This document shows positions 43,378 through 53,289 of a stretch of 64,000 bases of DNA, in pieces. A model generated the notes under the pieces. That model ran no database searches. It had not been told where the DNA came from and was given only the letters and a program-made list of their open reading frames with translations. Source of the stretch: Bixzunavirus tonenili. Taxonomy: Duplodnaviria; Heunggongvirae; Uroviricota; Caudoviricetes. The stretch is from the IMG/VR virus record IMGVR_UViG_2706796412_000001, positions 64,001-128,000 of that record. One strand, 5' to 3'. The position numbers and the translations under genes were made by a program. Each line of letters starts with the position of its first letter. The first letter of the stretch is position 1.

Positions 43378-43556
43378 TGGCCCACATCAACGATCTGCAG
43401 ACGGCGCGCGAGGCGGCAGAAGCTGTCGTCAACGACTATGACCGCGCTGAGCTGTTTGCCAAGATCGCCTACGCCTCGGCGCTGACCGACATCGCCGCTG
43501 CCGTGGAGGTCATCTCGCGGGAGTTCAGGAACAACAAAAGGCGGGTCTCGCGATGA
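43377..43556 (+). CDS. small hypothetical protein (59 aa)
   Basis: TGATG coupling; MAHINDLQTAREAAE... Confidence 0.65.
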   Translation: MAHINDLQTAREAAEAVVNDYDRAELFAKIAYASALTDIAAAVEVISREFRNNKRRVSR

Positions 43557-43879
43557 CCGAGCTGCCGCTGGACAAGATCGTCATCGACTGCGGGAGCGGC
43601 GGGGTCTGCACTCCGCAGCCGTGGACCGATCCGGTCACCGTGATCCAGGGCCCGTGGTGGGAGTCCATCTGGGCCATGTTCATCGGCGCCGTCCTCCTGC
43701 TGGCCGTCATCATCGCGGTGGCCGTTGTGCGCTGGCGGCGCCATGACCGGCTGCAGCGCGAGCGCGAGGCCGAGGAGGTCACCAAACGCCGGGAGATCGA
43801 GACCCCGCGCACCTCCTGCCCGACCTGCGGGACCACGGTCACCGTCGGCACCTCGAAGAAGAAGGAAGGCTCGTGGTAA
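43553..43879 (+). CDS. membrane protein
   Basis: One TM segment, then a coiled coil and CPTCG. Confidence 0.7.
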   Translation: MTELPLDKIVIDCGSGGVCTPQPWTDPVTVIQGPWWESIWAMFIGAVLLLAVIIAVAVVRWRRHDRLQREREAEEVTKRREIETPRTSCPTCGTTVTVGTSKKKEGSW

Positions 43880-44073
43880 TGACCTGGTATCTCGTCGTGC
43901 GAGCCCTGTGCATCTTCGCCTTTGTCATGGGGGTGATATTTCTGATCGTTGCGGGATGTTGCGCCGGAGACGGCGTCCCTCGAAGGGCATGGCCCTTTCT
44001 GGGCGCCTCTGTTCTTCTCGGTCTGGTCGGCTGCTTGCTGGTCGGTGTGGGATGGGGGCCGGAGCACCCGTGA
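43879..44073 (+). CDS. small two-TM membrane protein
   Basis: TAATG coupling; two hydrophobic segments. Confidence 0.6.
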   Translation: MTWYLVVRALCIFAFVMGVIFLIVAGCCAGDGVPRRAWPFLGASVLLGLVGCLLVGVGWGPEHP

Positions 44074-44327
44074 GCGAACCTGCGAAGATCATCGCCTTCG
44101 AGATCGAGGCCCGTCTCGACGTCACCCTGCGCGTGGGCGAGAGCGACTTCTACAAGCCCGGCGCGTCCGGACGGCTGCGGTTCAACAAGCTGCCCGACGA
44201 GCAGGGCATCAAGGACGCCTACGCCTATCTGCTGTTCAACGTGATCGATCCGCAGATCGAGGGTGCTCTGGAGAAGGTCAACGAGCGGCTGGAGATTCAG
44301 CGGCGCAAGGAGGCCGGTAGCGGCTGA
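44070..44327 (+). CDS. hypothetical protein
   Basis: GTGA overlap; 85 aa. Confidence 0.65.
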   Translation: MSEPAKIIAFEIEARLDVTLRVGESDFYKPGASGRLRFNKLPDEQGIKDAYAYLLFNVIDPQIEGALEKVNERLEIQRRKEAGSG

Positions 44328-44444
44328 TTGTGGATCCAATGATCCAGGACACAAGGTCTATATCTGGCCTGAGGGAAGTTTTCATGATTCTTGTCAGTTA
44401 CTATAGGTAGACTCAGGGCACACCCACTCACTAGAGGAGCACGC

Positions 44445-45200
44445 ATGGCAGACAACACCACCCTGATCGAGCGCGACGTCCAGTCCTACCTGGACAAGGT
44501 GGGCGGCGATTACGTCGCGGCCTACAACGAGATCGTGGCCGAAGAGGAGCGCAAGGCGCTGGCCAGGCGCCCGCCCAACAACGCGGCGATCAGGCGTGCG
44601 GCCTACGCCAAGGCGGTCAAGAACCTCGACCGTAAGGAGCTGGCGGCGATGAACCGCACGCTCAAGAACTTCTTGCCGCTGGCCAAGAAGAATGCCGGGG
44701 TCACCGCGCAGACCGGTGTGCTGACCATGGCCGAGGCCGAGGACCTCATGATCGAGGTGCTGGAGGTCAAGCGGCTCAAGGAGATCGTGACCAGCCGCTA
44801 CGAGGAGATCCGCAAGCGGGTCTTCAACTCGATCACCGAAAGCTTCGCCGAGCAGGGCGAGGAGTTCCCGGAGTACGTGGCCGGGCACATCGACATCCCC
44901 AAGCTGGGGTTGAAGTTCACCCGTGAGGGTGGATCCCGCAAGGATCCGGAACTGGATGAGGACACCCTGCGTGAACTCGTCGGTGCCGAGGTCTGGAACA
45001 AGGTGACCAAGGTAGAGGTCATCCCCGCGCAAGAGGTACGCACGGTCGACATGGACCTGTACCTGGCAGCCGCTCGGAAGATGCCCGAGTTGCTGGAAAA
45101 GCTCCGTCAAGCGTTGAAGGTGGGTGAGTTCCGCCCGGTCTCGTTCCACCAGCGCCCGATGACGCCTGAGGAGCTGGAGGCATACGTTGACAAGGAGTAA
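44445..45200 (+). CDS. hypothetical protein
   Basis: CA-rich leader plus GAGGAG; 251 aa. Confidence 0.75.
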   Translation: MADNTTLIERDVQSYLDKVGGDYVAAYNEIVAEEERKALARRPPNNAAIRRAAYAKAVKNLDRKELAAMNRTLKNFLPLAKKNAGVTAQTGVLTMAEAEDLMIEVLEVKRLKEIVTSRYEEIRKRVFNSITESFAEQGEEFPEYVAGHIDIPKLGLKFTREGGSRKDPELDEDTLRELVGAEVWNKVTKVEVIPAQEVRTVDMDLYLAAARKMPELLEKLRQALKVGEFRPVSFHQRPMTPEELEAYVDKE

Positions 45201-45203
45201 GCC

Positions 45204-45851
45204 ATGGCCCCGCCGGTCGATCATGAAGTAGACGCGTCCGGCCAGGAACAGGAAGAGCCTCTCCGCGATCATGCGGAGGGGCATCCTGTCTTTGCCGAAC
45301 TTGACGAGATGGCCGAGGCCAAGCTCTCTGACGAGGAGCTGGAGGTGCGGCGGCAGGAGATCGCCGCGCTCGACAGGGCCTCCGACGCCGAGCTGATGGC
45401 GATGGCCGGAGTGGAGCCGGTGGTCTCGACCACCGAGGCTGCCGAGTACTTCGATCGGACCAGCCAGTGGATCTACTGGGGACTCAAGCCTGACGAGAAG
45501 ACCGGGGAGCACATCTTCACCTGGCCGGACGGCTCGCCGATCGTCCCCGAGCGCATCGGTGACCCCGAGACCGGACACCGTCGATTCACCATGCCGATCC
45601 TGCGGGCCATCCTGCAGTCGTGCTACCGGCGCGGCAACATCGATCCCGATGAGCTGCGCACCATCATGCGCCGCATCCGCTACACCGAGCTGGGAGTGGA
45701 GTGGCGGGCCCGGGAGGGCTGGAAATACGTCTACCTCGGGCGTAACCGGCACAAGTGGGTCCGGCCTGAAGAGGCCTTCTACGACAAGCGCACCAAGACC
45801 TGGCGGCTGCGCAAACACACCTCGGCGCCCAAGAGAGACGAGGACGAATGA
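45204..45851 (+). CDS. HTH DNA-binding protein
   Basis: VSTTEAAEYFDRTSQWIYW is a MerR/Xis-like HTH. Confidence 0.6.
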   Translation: MAPPVDHEVDASGQEQEEPLRDHAEGHPVFAELDEMAEAKLSDEELEVRRQEIAALDRASDAELMAMAGVEPVVSTTEAAEYFDRTSQWIYWGLKPDEKTGEHIFTWPDGSPIVPERIGDPETGHRRFTMPILRAILQSCYRRGNIDPDELRTIMRRIRYTELGVEWRAREGWKYVYLGRNRHKWVRPEEAFYDKRTKTWRLRKHTSAPKRDEDE

Positions 45852-46594
45852 CTTTGACCCGCGACCCTCGGTACGAACGCCAGCGGGACTACCTGGAGAA
45901 GGTTGTTCGGTACCACTCCCGCACGACGGTGCAGGGCGCCTGCGACGCGTGTGGGCAGACGGCACCCTGTGCCATCCTGACCGAGGCGAAAGAGTCCCTG
46001 GTCTTGCTGTCAACGCCGCCGTTCTACTGGCAGCGCGAACACCTGCCCTACGGCATCACCGACGGCCACCAGATGCCGCAGCGTGACCTGATCGAGGCGC
46101 TGATGATCGCTTACGGCGAGCCTCCCGGGGACGTGCGTCGATTGGGTGAGGAAGCCGAACAGATCTGGCGTGCCCAGCGGGTCCAGAAGGATGGATGGAC
46201 CCCGCGCGAGTGGGTCGAGCTGCTCTCGACGCTGTCCTACAAGCCGGGATGGCACTGTCAGATCATCGTCGATCATCTCGATCTCGGTGCACAGCTGGCC
46301 ATCGAGTTCGACACCGTTGTCGAGATTTCCTCGGAGGAGGGCAAGCTCCGGCAGAAGCTCTCCTCCAAGGTCGCCGTCCACGAGTGGATCAACACCGACA
46401 AGCGGGCGATGCACGTGGTGCAATCCGCACTGCGCACCATGGAAGACAAGATCCACCAGACCTGGTTGCGTCGCGACGGTCTCAGTTTCGAGCAGTGGGA
46501 GGAAGCACATGCTGATCAAGGCCGCGCTGTGCGGGACACACGGGACCGGAAAGACGACGCTGGTCGAGAAGGTCAAGACGTGGGCGAAAGCTGA
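45848..46594 (+). CDS. hypothetical protein
   Basis: ATGA overlap; CDACG motif; overlaps next gene by 86 bp. Confidence 0.6.
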   Translation: MTLTRDPRYERQRDYLEKVVRYHSRTTVQGACDACGQTAPCAILTEAKESLVLLSTPPFYWQREHLPYGITDGHQMPQRDLIEALMIAYGEPPGDVRRLGEEAEQIWRAQRVQKDGWTPREWVELLSTLSYKPGWHCQIIVDHLDLGAQLAIEFDTVVEISSEEGKLRQKLSSKVAVHEWINTDKRAMHVVQSALRTMEDKIHQTWLRRDGLSFEQWEEAHADQGRAVRDTRDRKDDAGREGQDVGES

Positions 46595-47189
46595 GGGCTG
46601 GGACGTCGGCGTCACGCTGTCGCCGACTCGTCACGTCAAGGCCATGGGGGCCGAGTACGGCATGGCCAACAACATGGACGGCGACTGGCAGTTCCAGTTC
46701 CAGGTGATCGCCGAGACCCGGTTGCGCCAATGGGAGGCCGAGCACCAGCTGAAGTTGTCTGCCGCGCCGAACAAGCTGCTGTTGGCCGATCGCTGCGCCA
46801 TCGATCCGGTCTGCTACACCACCGACCTGGTCAAGCGGGCCAGAGCCGCGCGTCTGGGCAGGCCGTTGATCGCCTTCACCGACCGCGACTACACCTTCCT
46901 GCAGTTGGTCCGCGACATGGGCCAGGATCTGGCAACGCGTGATGTCAAGGAGTTCTGGGACATCGTCGCGCTCAAGCCGCCGCATCCGGACCACCTGGTC
47001 GGCGATGCCGATAGACTTGACGACCGGCAGTACCAGGCCGATGTCGACAAGATCGCTCGCAAGGTCTACGGCGAGATCGTCGCGGCCACCGAGGTGAACA
47101 GCATCGTGCTCGATCCTGACCGCGACGTCGCTGCCGAGGAACTGTGGGAGGTCATTCGGGATGAGTCCGCTCGAAGACGCGCTGCGTAA
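46509..47189 (+). CDS. P-loop nucleoside monophosphate kinase-like protein (AAA_28/dNMP kinase)
   Basis: LCGTHGTGKTT Walker A; LLADRCAID motif. Confidence 0.75.
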   Translation: MLIKAALCGTHGTGKTTLVEKVKTWAKAEGWDVGVTLSPTRHVKAMGAEYGMANNMDGDWQFQFQVIAETRLRQWEAEHQLKLSAAPNKLLLADRCAIDPVCYTTDLVKRARAARLGRPLIAFTDRDYTFLQLVRDMGQDLATRDVKEFWDIVALKPPHPDHLVGDADRLDDRQYQADVDKIARKVYGEIVAATEVNSIVLDPDRDVAAEELWEVIRDESARRRAA

Positions 47190-48204
47190 GGCCATCGACG
47201 AGGCCATCGAACCGCTGCTGACCGACCACCGCAAGGTCATCGCCGGGGCTGTCGACAGCCCGGTCGCGGTGCAGCGTGCCGACCTGCACTACGTCTTCGA
47301 CCAGTACAACACTCAGCTGCTGGACTTCACCGCGCTGCAGGCGCCGATCGGCCACAGTCATCCATGGGTGGTCAAGGCGATTCGTGAGCACCTGAACTAC
47401 TACGTGCGCACCGGCCCGCCCGCCAGCCACGCGGCCCGCTGGCCGGTCGAGTACGCCCGCAAGTTGCTCGACAGCCTGGAGCATCCCGACGTCGACAATC
47501 TGCGGGTGCTCTACACCGAGGGGGAGAGTGACGCCACCAGCACGATGGTGACGACCTTCACCAAGTGGGCGATGGTTCGTCTGGTGAGTTCCCGCAATCG
47601 ACTGGTCGATCCGGACAAGGTCCGTGCCGAGGTCGACCGGGCCCGCGAGCAGGGGATGACCATCGTCGCCAACGAGACTGTCACGGGATTCGGTCGGCTG
47701 GGCCGGGTCTGGGGCCATCAGGCTTACGGCTTCACTCCGGACGTGGTCATCTTCGGCGGTCCGGCGGGCGGAGGCCTGTCTCTCGGTGGACTCATCGGGC
47801 CCGCCGACAAGCTTGCCGACGTCTCCACCGCCCCGATGGCCGGAGCACCGCTGGCCTGCGCCACCGGGGCGGCCACCCTCGACGCGCTCAACTCCGAACT
47901 GCTGGAGCATGTGCGCGAGGCCGGGGCCGTCTTCGGCGACCGGCTACGTGGCGTGGTCGACCGGTTCGGTGACTACCTGGAGGACACCGCTGGCGTCGGC
48001 CTGTACCACATCCTGGACTTCCGATCGCCCGGACTCGCTGAAAGTTTCGGAGCTGCGACGCGTCAACACGGGCTTTTGACGGCTTCCCCAGTAGGCTCCA
48101 CCGTAGTGGTCACACCGACACTCATTGCCAGCGAGCGAGAGCTGCAGCGAGGAGTCGATTTGATCGCCAAGACCTTGGAAGGGTGGCGTACTGCCGACTT
48201 GTGA
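47161..48204 (+). CDS. class III aminotransferase-fold protein lacking catalytic Lys
   Basis: LLDFTAL...IGHSHP; ANETVTGFGRLG; PDVVIFGGPAGGGL (K to G). Confidence 0.8.
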   Translation: MSPLEDALRKAIDEAIEPLLTDHRKVIAGAVDSPVAVQRADLHYVFDQYNTQLLDFTALQAPIGHSHPWVVKAIREHLNYYVRTGPPASHAARWPVEYARKLLDSLEHPDVDNLRVLYTEGESDATSTMVTTFTKWAMVRLVSSRNRLVDPDKVRAEVDRAREQGMTIVANETVTGFGRLGRVWGHQAYGFTPDVVIFGGPAGGGLSLGGLIGPADKLADVSTAPMAGAPLACATGAATLDALNSELLEHVREAGAVFGDRLRGVVDRFGDYLEDTAGVGLYHILDFRSPGLAESFGAATRQHGLLTASPVGSTVVVTPTLIASERELQRGVDLIAKTLEGWRTADL

Positions 48205-48247
48205 CAGGGTCTGCCAACGTGAAATGCGGGAGGAGGCACACGAAGAG

Positions 48248-48682
48248 ATGACAGCACTTGCGCATCCGTTGGCAGAGGAACCATACATGCCCCGTCCAGG
48301 CGACATTGACATCGGCCTGAAGAACGACCAGATCATGCAGCGGTACCTGGTGCGCCGCATTCACCGCGAGGTCGAGTTCACGATCAAGGAGTTTGACGGC
48401 GACACCGTCACCGGGTTCATCACCGGCTTCGACGACAAGTGCATCCAGATGTCGACCACTCCGCGTCATGATGCTGACGAGCCGACGTCGGTGCTGATCT
48501 TCTGGCCGATCCGCAAGATCACCGAGACCGGACGCCGAATCGACGCGCTGGAGCACGAGCACCGGACCAAGATCCGTAGCTATAGTCATGCTCTGCGAGC
48601 GCAGTGCGAGAACTACCTCAATGGCAACCGCCGCGTCGGGACCACTCCACGACGGCTGGTCCCCGCCGAAGACGCCGACTGA
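48248..48682 (+). CDS. hypothetical protein (possible Sm/Hfq-like fold)
   Basis: AGGAGG RBS; GDTVTGFITGFDDKCI segment. Confidence 0.55.
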   Translation: MTALAHPLAEEPYMPRPGDIDIGLKNDQIMQRYLVRRIHREVEFTIKEFDGDTVTGFITGFDDKCIQMSTTPRHDADEPTSVLIFWPIRKITETGRRIDALEHEHRTKIRSYSHALRAQCENYLNGNRRVGTTPRRLVPAEDAD

Positions 48683-48753
48683 CTTCGCATAAAAAGTCGA
48701 CGTTGTAGGGTATGATGGCCCTACAGAATCATTCACACAGGAGCACACACGTT

Positions 48754-49140
48754 ATGCCGTTTGCCGATCCTGATCCGATCGAAGAGGACATGGGTATCCG
48801 CTGCCAGGAGATGAGTCCCGAGCAGCTGGTCACCTACATCAAGACCTACCACGGCGCGTTCGGCCTGCATCTGCCGGTCGAGGGCGTCAAGGAGCGTGCG
48901 GTGTTTCGGGGCCTGCAGAAGACCTACGGCCCGGACAAGGCCGGGCAGATCGTCAAGTGGGTCTTCTACAAGCACAAGGGCAAGTTCCGGGGCCAGACGG
49001 TCGGCTACTTCGAGTTCATCAAGGCCCGCAAGTGGTTCACCGACCTCATGCTCATGGAGTCCACCGAGGAGCTGGCCAGGCAGGCCAAGAGGATCGCCCC
49101 GCGTCAGACCGTGGGGGCCAAGAGATTGTCAGATCTCTGA
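48754..49140 (+). CDS. hypothetical protein upstream of DnaC/DnaB
   Basis: CA-rich leader plus AGGAG; 128 aa. Confidence 0.7.
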   Translation: MPFADPDPIEEDMGIRCQEMSPEQLVTYIKTYHGAFGLHLPVEGVKERAVFRGLQKTYGPDKAGQIVKWVFYKHKGKFRGQTVGYFEFIKARKWFTDLMLMESTEELARQAKRIAPRQTVGAKRLSDL

Positions 49141-49517
49141 TGCCGGGCCGACTGCCGGTAGACGGATACTGCCCGGCCTGCGGACGAAAGTCGCTCGGGG
49201 TCAGGACTTCAGCCATCCGGGAGGGTTCGGAACTCCGATGCTTCTATCCGGATTGCCCCGACCCCGAGGTTGTCGCCAAGCTGCTTTCCGACCCGGAGAT
49301 CCACCACGTTCTGGAGGTCAAGGAGGGTGGCCGCTGGACCCTGCAGCACCCGCTGCGCGAGCGCATCGAAGGCGGGCTGTTCGACTGCCCGCTGGCGGCG
49401 GTGATCACCCGGCAGTTTGCTTGTTTCAACCATTCGTTCGAGCCGGGCCGGTATCGATTTAAGTCGCAGCATGTCCGGAACTACCGGCTTGGGCCGTGGG
49501 AGAGCGAGAAGCTGTGA
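49140..49517 (+). CDS. Zn-finger hypothetical protein
   Basis: TGATG coupling; GYCPACG...C..PDCPDP...WTLQHPLRER. Confidence 0.65.
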   Translation: MPGRLPVDGYCPACGRKSLGVRTSAIREGSELRCFYPDCPDPEVVAKLLSDPEIHHVLEVKEGGRWTLQHPLRERIEGGLFDCPLAAVITRQFACFNHSFEPGRYRFKSQHVRNYRLGPWESEKL

Positions 49518-49939
49518 GGAGTCCCAAGGTCATCGGCGACCCGGCCCGTCCGTACATGCTGCGCTGGCACATCCTGAAGTGGCGCAACCTGCCCCGAATC
49601 TATGTCCACAAGTTCCTGCGCTCCGACGATGATCGCGCCCCGCACAATCACCCCTGGTGGTTCATCAGCATCCTGCTGTGGGGCAAGTACGTCGAACACC
49701 GCTGGATCGACGGGGTGCAGCAGACCCGCTTGCGCCGCGCCCCCTCGATCGCCTTCCGCCCGATCAGCACTCGGCACCGCGTTGAGCTGGTCGAGGGGTG
49801 GTACGACTTCAACTCCCGGTACGGCATCCGTCCGGCCTGGACCTTGATCATCACCGGCAGGGACGTGCGCGGTTGGGGCTTCTGGTGCCCGCACGAGCGC
49901 TTCGTGCCCTCGCACGAGTTCCGGGGGTGCGGCGAGTGA
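49514..49939 (+). CDS. cupin-like protein
   Basis: DDDRAPHNHPWWFISILLWGKYVE...HRV metal-binding cupin pattern. Confidence 0.65.
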   Translation: MRSPKVIGDPARPYMLRWHILKWRNLPRIYVHKFLRSDDDRAPHNHPWWFISILLWGKYVEHRWIDGVQQTRLRRAPSIAFRPISTRHRVELVEGWYDFNSRYGIRPAWTLIITGRDVRGWGFWCPHERFVPSHEFRGCGE

Positions 49940-50718
49940 AGCTGCGCGTTCTGAGCGACGACGACTACCAGCGGGTGTGCCGCAGCGAGCCGAATTACTC
50001 CAAGCCTGCCACCGACTGGTGCCCGACCTGCAATGGGCGCGGGACCTACATCGCGCGCGGCGGCGCCGAGATCGCCTGCGACTGCCCGACTCAGCACCGG
50101 CTGGGCAAGAACTACCTGGCGGCAGGCATCGGGGCGACCTACATGCGGCTGGACTGGGGCGACTACCACGGGCCCAAGAGCATCCTGCAGGGCGTGGAGA
50201 AGTACCTCGACCGGCACGAGGCCTTCCTGCAGCGCGGCATGGGCCTGTACTTCTCCGGCACCTTCGGCACCGGCAAGACGATGATTGCCAACCTGGTGCT
50301 CAAGGAGCTGATCAAGCGCGGCCAGACCTGCTTTGCCACCACCTTCGCCCAGACCATCGAGATGTACACCTCGACCTGGCGCGACAAGGACGAGAAGGCG
50401 TGGTTTCAGCGTAAGTTCCTCGACAGCCAGTTTCTGCTGCTCGACGACGTCGGCAAGGAGTTGCGTGGGACTCGGTTGGCGCTGGCCGAGACGACCTTCG
50501 ACGCCATCCTGCGCGAGCGGGTGACCCACGGGCGTCCGACCCTGATCACCACCAATCTGGCCGCTGATGAGCTGCACGAGGGTTACGGCGGGGCCATTCT
50601 CAGCCTGATCCGGGAGAAGAGCCTGGAGGAGGTCTTCGAGGGCGAGGACTTCCGGCCCCGGGCCAACGACCGCGAGCTTGACGAGATCATGAAGGGTTGG
50701 GTCAGGCCAATTGTCTGA
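49936..50718 (+). CDS. dnaC: DnaC-like helicase loader
   Basis: CPTCNG..CDC; GTFGTGKT; LLLDDVGKE; TLITTNL. Confidence 0.88.
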   Translation: MKLRVLSDDDYQRVCRSEPNYSKPATDWCPTCNGRGTYIARGGAEIACDCPTQHRLGKNYLAAGIGATYMRLDWGDYHGPKSILQGVEKYLDRHEAFLQRGMGLYFSGTFGTGKTMIANLVLKELIKRGQTCFATTFAQTIEMYTSTWRDKDEKAWFQRKFLDSQFLLLDDVGKELRGTRLALAETTFDAILRERVTHGRPTLITTNLAADELHEGYGGAILSLIREKSLEEVFEGEDFRPRANDRELDEIMKGWVRPIV

Positions 50719-51976
50719 TGTGGAGATCCAGCTGCTGTCGCGAATGACCGAGCTGGCCGAGATCAAGCGCGTCTTCGACAACGGCATCAAGCCTGACGTC
50801 TTCGAGGACCCGATGAACCAGGTCGTGTTCGTCTTCATGATGGACTACTGGCTGACTTCGCAGATGCAGGCCGCCCCGACCTTCCAGGTGGTCGAGACCG
50901 AGTATCCGCTGATCACCCTGGACCGCGAGGTCGACGTCGAGACCCAGTGGTGCTGCGACTGGCTGCGCAAGCGGTTCGCTCGCAACAAGGTCCAGCACAT
51001 CGCCCGCGAGGCGGCCAAGGCCATGGACCGCGATCCTTACGAGGCGCTCGGGCTGATGTGGCAGCAGGCCTACGAGGCGACCGAGACCGTCCGGCCCGCT
51101 ACCACCTTCAGCGACATGGCCACCAACAAGGCCGAGCGTCGTCAGCGTTACGCCCGCGACCGGGAGAACGCGCTGGCCATGGGAATGGGGTTCGGCCTCG
51201 ACGAGCTTGACGAGCACACCCGGGGCATCCGGCCCGGCGAGCTGGCCGCGATTGCCGCCTACACCAAGGTGGGTAAGTCCTGGATGCTGGCCAAGGCCTA
51301 CTGCGAGGCGCTTCGGCGGGGCGCCCGTCCGGTGATGTTCACCCTGGAGATGGACCGCAAAGAGATGGAGGACCGCATCGACTGCATGTTCTCCGGGGTC
51401 AGCTTCAACAAGTTCATGCGCCGCGAACTCGACTTCGACGAGATGGCCCAGCTCACCGCCGCTCAAGACCTGTTGGAACGCACCGCCGTGGCCCCGCTGG
51501 TCCGGCCTCAGCGTGGCGACCGCACGGTCAAGACGATGTTCACTCAGGCTCGTCAGCTCGGCGCCGACTTCGTGCTCATCGATCAGCTGTCCTGGGTCGA
51601 CGCCGAGAAGAACTACTCCGGCGACTCGGCCCTGCGGATGAAGCACGGCGAGTTGGCCTACGACATCAAGGAGGAGGCCAGCCGGTCCATCGTCGGCGAG
51701 CTGCCGACCTTCCTGGCCATCCAGCTCAACCGTGCGGTGATGAACAACGACGGTCGCGGCGCCCTGAACAACTTCGCCAACAGCTCCATGATCGAGCAGA
51801 CCGTCGACATCGCTCTGGGTCTGTGGCAGAACCAAGACATGCGCAACTCGAACATGATGGGTCTGGACATCATGGGCAGCCGTCGCGGCGACCGCAAGAG
51901 CTGGCTGCTCAACTGGCACCTGACCGAGCGGACCGAGATCCGGGTCCTGGAGGAATACACCGAGGCGCCGTCATGA
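50711..51976 (+). CDS. dnaB: DnaB-like replicative helicase
   Basis: AYTKVGKS Walker A; FTLEM; VLIDQL; AIQLNR. Confidence 0.88.
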   Translation: MSDVEIQLLSRMTELAEIKRVFDNGIKPDVFEDPMNQVVFVFMMDYWLTSQMQAAPTFQVVETEYPLITLDREVDVETQWCCDWLRKRFARNKVQHIAREAAKAMDRDPYEALGLMWQQAYEATETVRPATTFSDMATNKAERRQRYARDRENALAMGMGFGLDELDEHTRGIRPGELAAIAAYTKVGKSWMLAKAYCEALRRGARPVMFTLEMDRKEMEDRIDCMFSGVSFNKFMRRELDFDEMAQLTAAQDLLERTAVAPLVRPQRGDRTVKTMFTQARQLGADFVLIDQLSWVDAEKNYSGDSALRMKHGELAYDIKEEASRSIVGELPTFLAIQLNRAVMNNDGRGALNNFANSSMIEQTVDIALGLWQNQDMRNSNMMGLDIMGSRRGDRKSWLLNWHLTERTEIRVLEEYTEAPS

Positions 51977-53046
51977 AGCGTGGTTTTGGCTTCATCCAGG
52001 AGCGCATGGTCTACGACGACTACCTGCGCCGCCTCAACGTGCGCGCGGTTCTGGACCACTACGGGGTGGAGAACGATCGCGAGGAGTCCGGCAGGGACGG
52101 CACCACCGAGATCATCCACAGCTGCCTGCTGGACCGCGTCGAGCGTCATCACAACAACGGTGACGCCAATCCCTCGGCGTCGGCCAATGTCGACCGCAAG
52201 AAGTACGTCTGCTGGGCTTACTGGGGCGGCGACATGTTCGACTTCATCGCCAAGATGGAAGACGAGGAGGATTTCCATGGCATCCTGCCCATCGTCCGGG
52301 ACTTTCTGGAAGGCAGCACCGTCGACCAGGAGGCGTTCCTGGTCGAACTCGATCGGCTGTTCACTGCTGCCCCTCGGGGACAGGGCAATGCCGACCTACC
52401 TTCCTATGCTTCCGCGATCCTCAAGCCCTGGCAGTTCATTCACCCCTACCTGGCCGAGCGAGGTATCGATCCCGACACTGCGAAACGCCTGCGTCTTGGA
52501 TGGCGCGAGGACCTTAATCGGATCACAATTCCGGTTTTCTGGGGCGGTGAGCTGGTTGGCTGGCAGGCGCGAGCTGTTCCCGATCGTCCTGGACTGTGGC
52601 CTGGCACCTGGGGTGGTGGTTTCCCGAAGTACAAGTCCAGCCCCGGATTTCCTAAGTCTTCAGTGTTCTATGTCCCAGACGGAGAAGGGCGACTGGACCG
52701 TGTCGGTCGAGAAGTTGTGGTGGTCGAATCCCCCTTTTCGGTCATCAAGGCCACTGCTCTCGGGGTATCTCGTCCCGTCGTGGCGACTTTCGGAGCCAAG
52801 GTAAGCCAGCATCAGATCAACATGCTGGCCGGGTTCGACCATGTCACTGTCTGGGCTGATGACGACGACGCGGGCCGGTTCATGGAGCGCAAGCTGGTCC
52901 GGGGTCTGGCCGATCGAACTTCGGTTTCTGTCGTGACACCCGACCACAAGATGGACATGGGCGACTACGACGCGGCAGACTTGGTGGAGGAGAAGATCGA
53001 GCAGGCCACACCGGCCATGCTCAAGATGATCGAGTGGAAGATGTGA
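51973..53046 (+). CDS. dnaG: DNA primase
   Basis: Zn-binding N-terminus; VVVESPFS and WADDDDAG TOPRIM motifs. Confidence 0.85.
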   Translation: MKRGFGFIQERMVYDDYLRRLNVRAVLDHYGVENDREESGRDGTTEIIHSCLLDRVERHHNNGDANPSASANVDRKKYVCWAYWGGDMFDFIAKMEDEEDFHGILPIVRDFLEGSTVDQEAFLVELDRLFTAAPRGQGNADLPSYASAILKPWQFIHPYLAERGIDPDTAKRLRLGWREDLNRITIPVFWGGELVGWQARAVPDRPGLWPGTWGGGFPKYKSSPGFPKSSVFYVPDGEGRLDRVGREVVVVESPFSVIKATALGVSRPVVATFGAKVSQHQINMLAGFDHVTVWADDDDAGRFMERKLVRGLADRTSVSVVTPDHKMDMGDYDAADLVEEKIEQATPAMLKMIEWKM

Positions 53047-53049
53047 GCC

Positions 53050-53289
53050 ATGGGCAACAACCGACCCACGACGCGGACCTTGCCGACCGGCGAGAAGGCC
53101 ACACATCACCCCGACGGTCGCGTGGTGCTCAAGCCCAAGAACTCCCTTGCTGATGCCCTCTCGGGCCAGCTGGACGCCCAACAGGAGGCCTCCCAGGCGC
53201 TCACCGAAGCGCTGGTGCAGACCGCCGTCATCAAGAGAGAGGCCCAAGCCGATGGCAACCCTGTCCCTGAGGACAAGCGCGTCTTCTGA
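53050..53289 (+). CDS. small hypothetical protein
   Basis: 79 aa directly after primase. Confidence 0.6.
   Translation: MGNNRPTTRTLPTGEKATHHPDGRVVLKPKNSLADALSGQLDAQQEASQALTEALVQTAVIKREAQADGNPVPEDKRVF

Noticed and set aside
46509-46594. Frameshift or sequencing error at the 86-bp gene overlap
   Set aside because: Both frames are intact and the kinase starts at a typical N-terminal Walker A; a simple overlap is enough.
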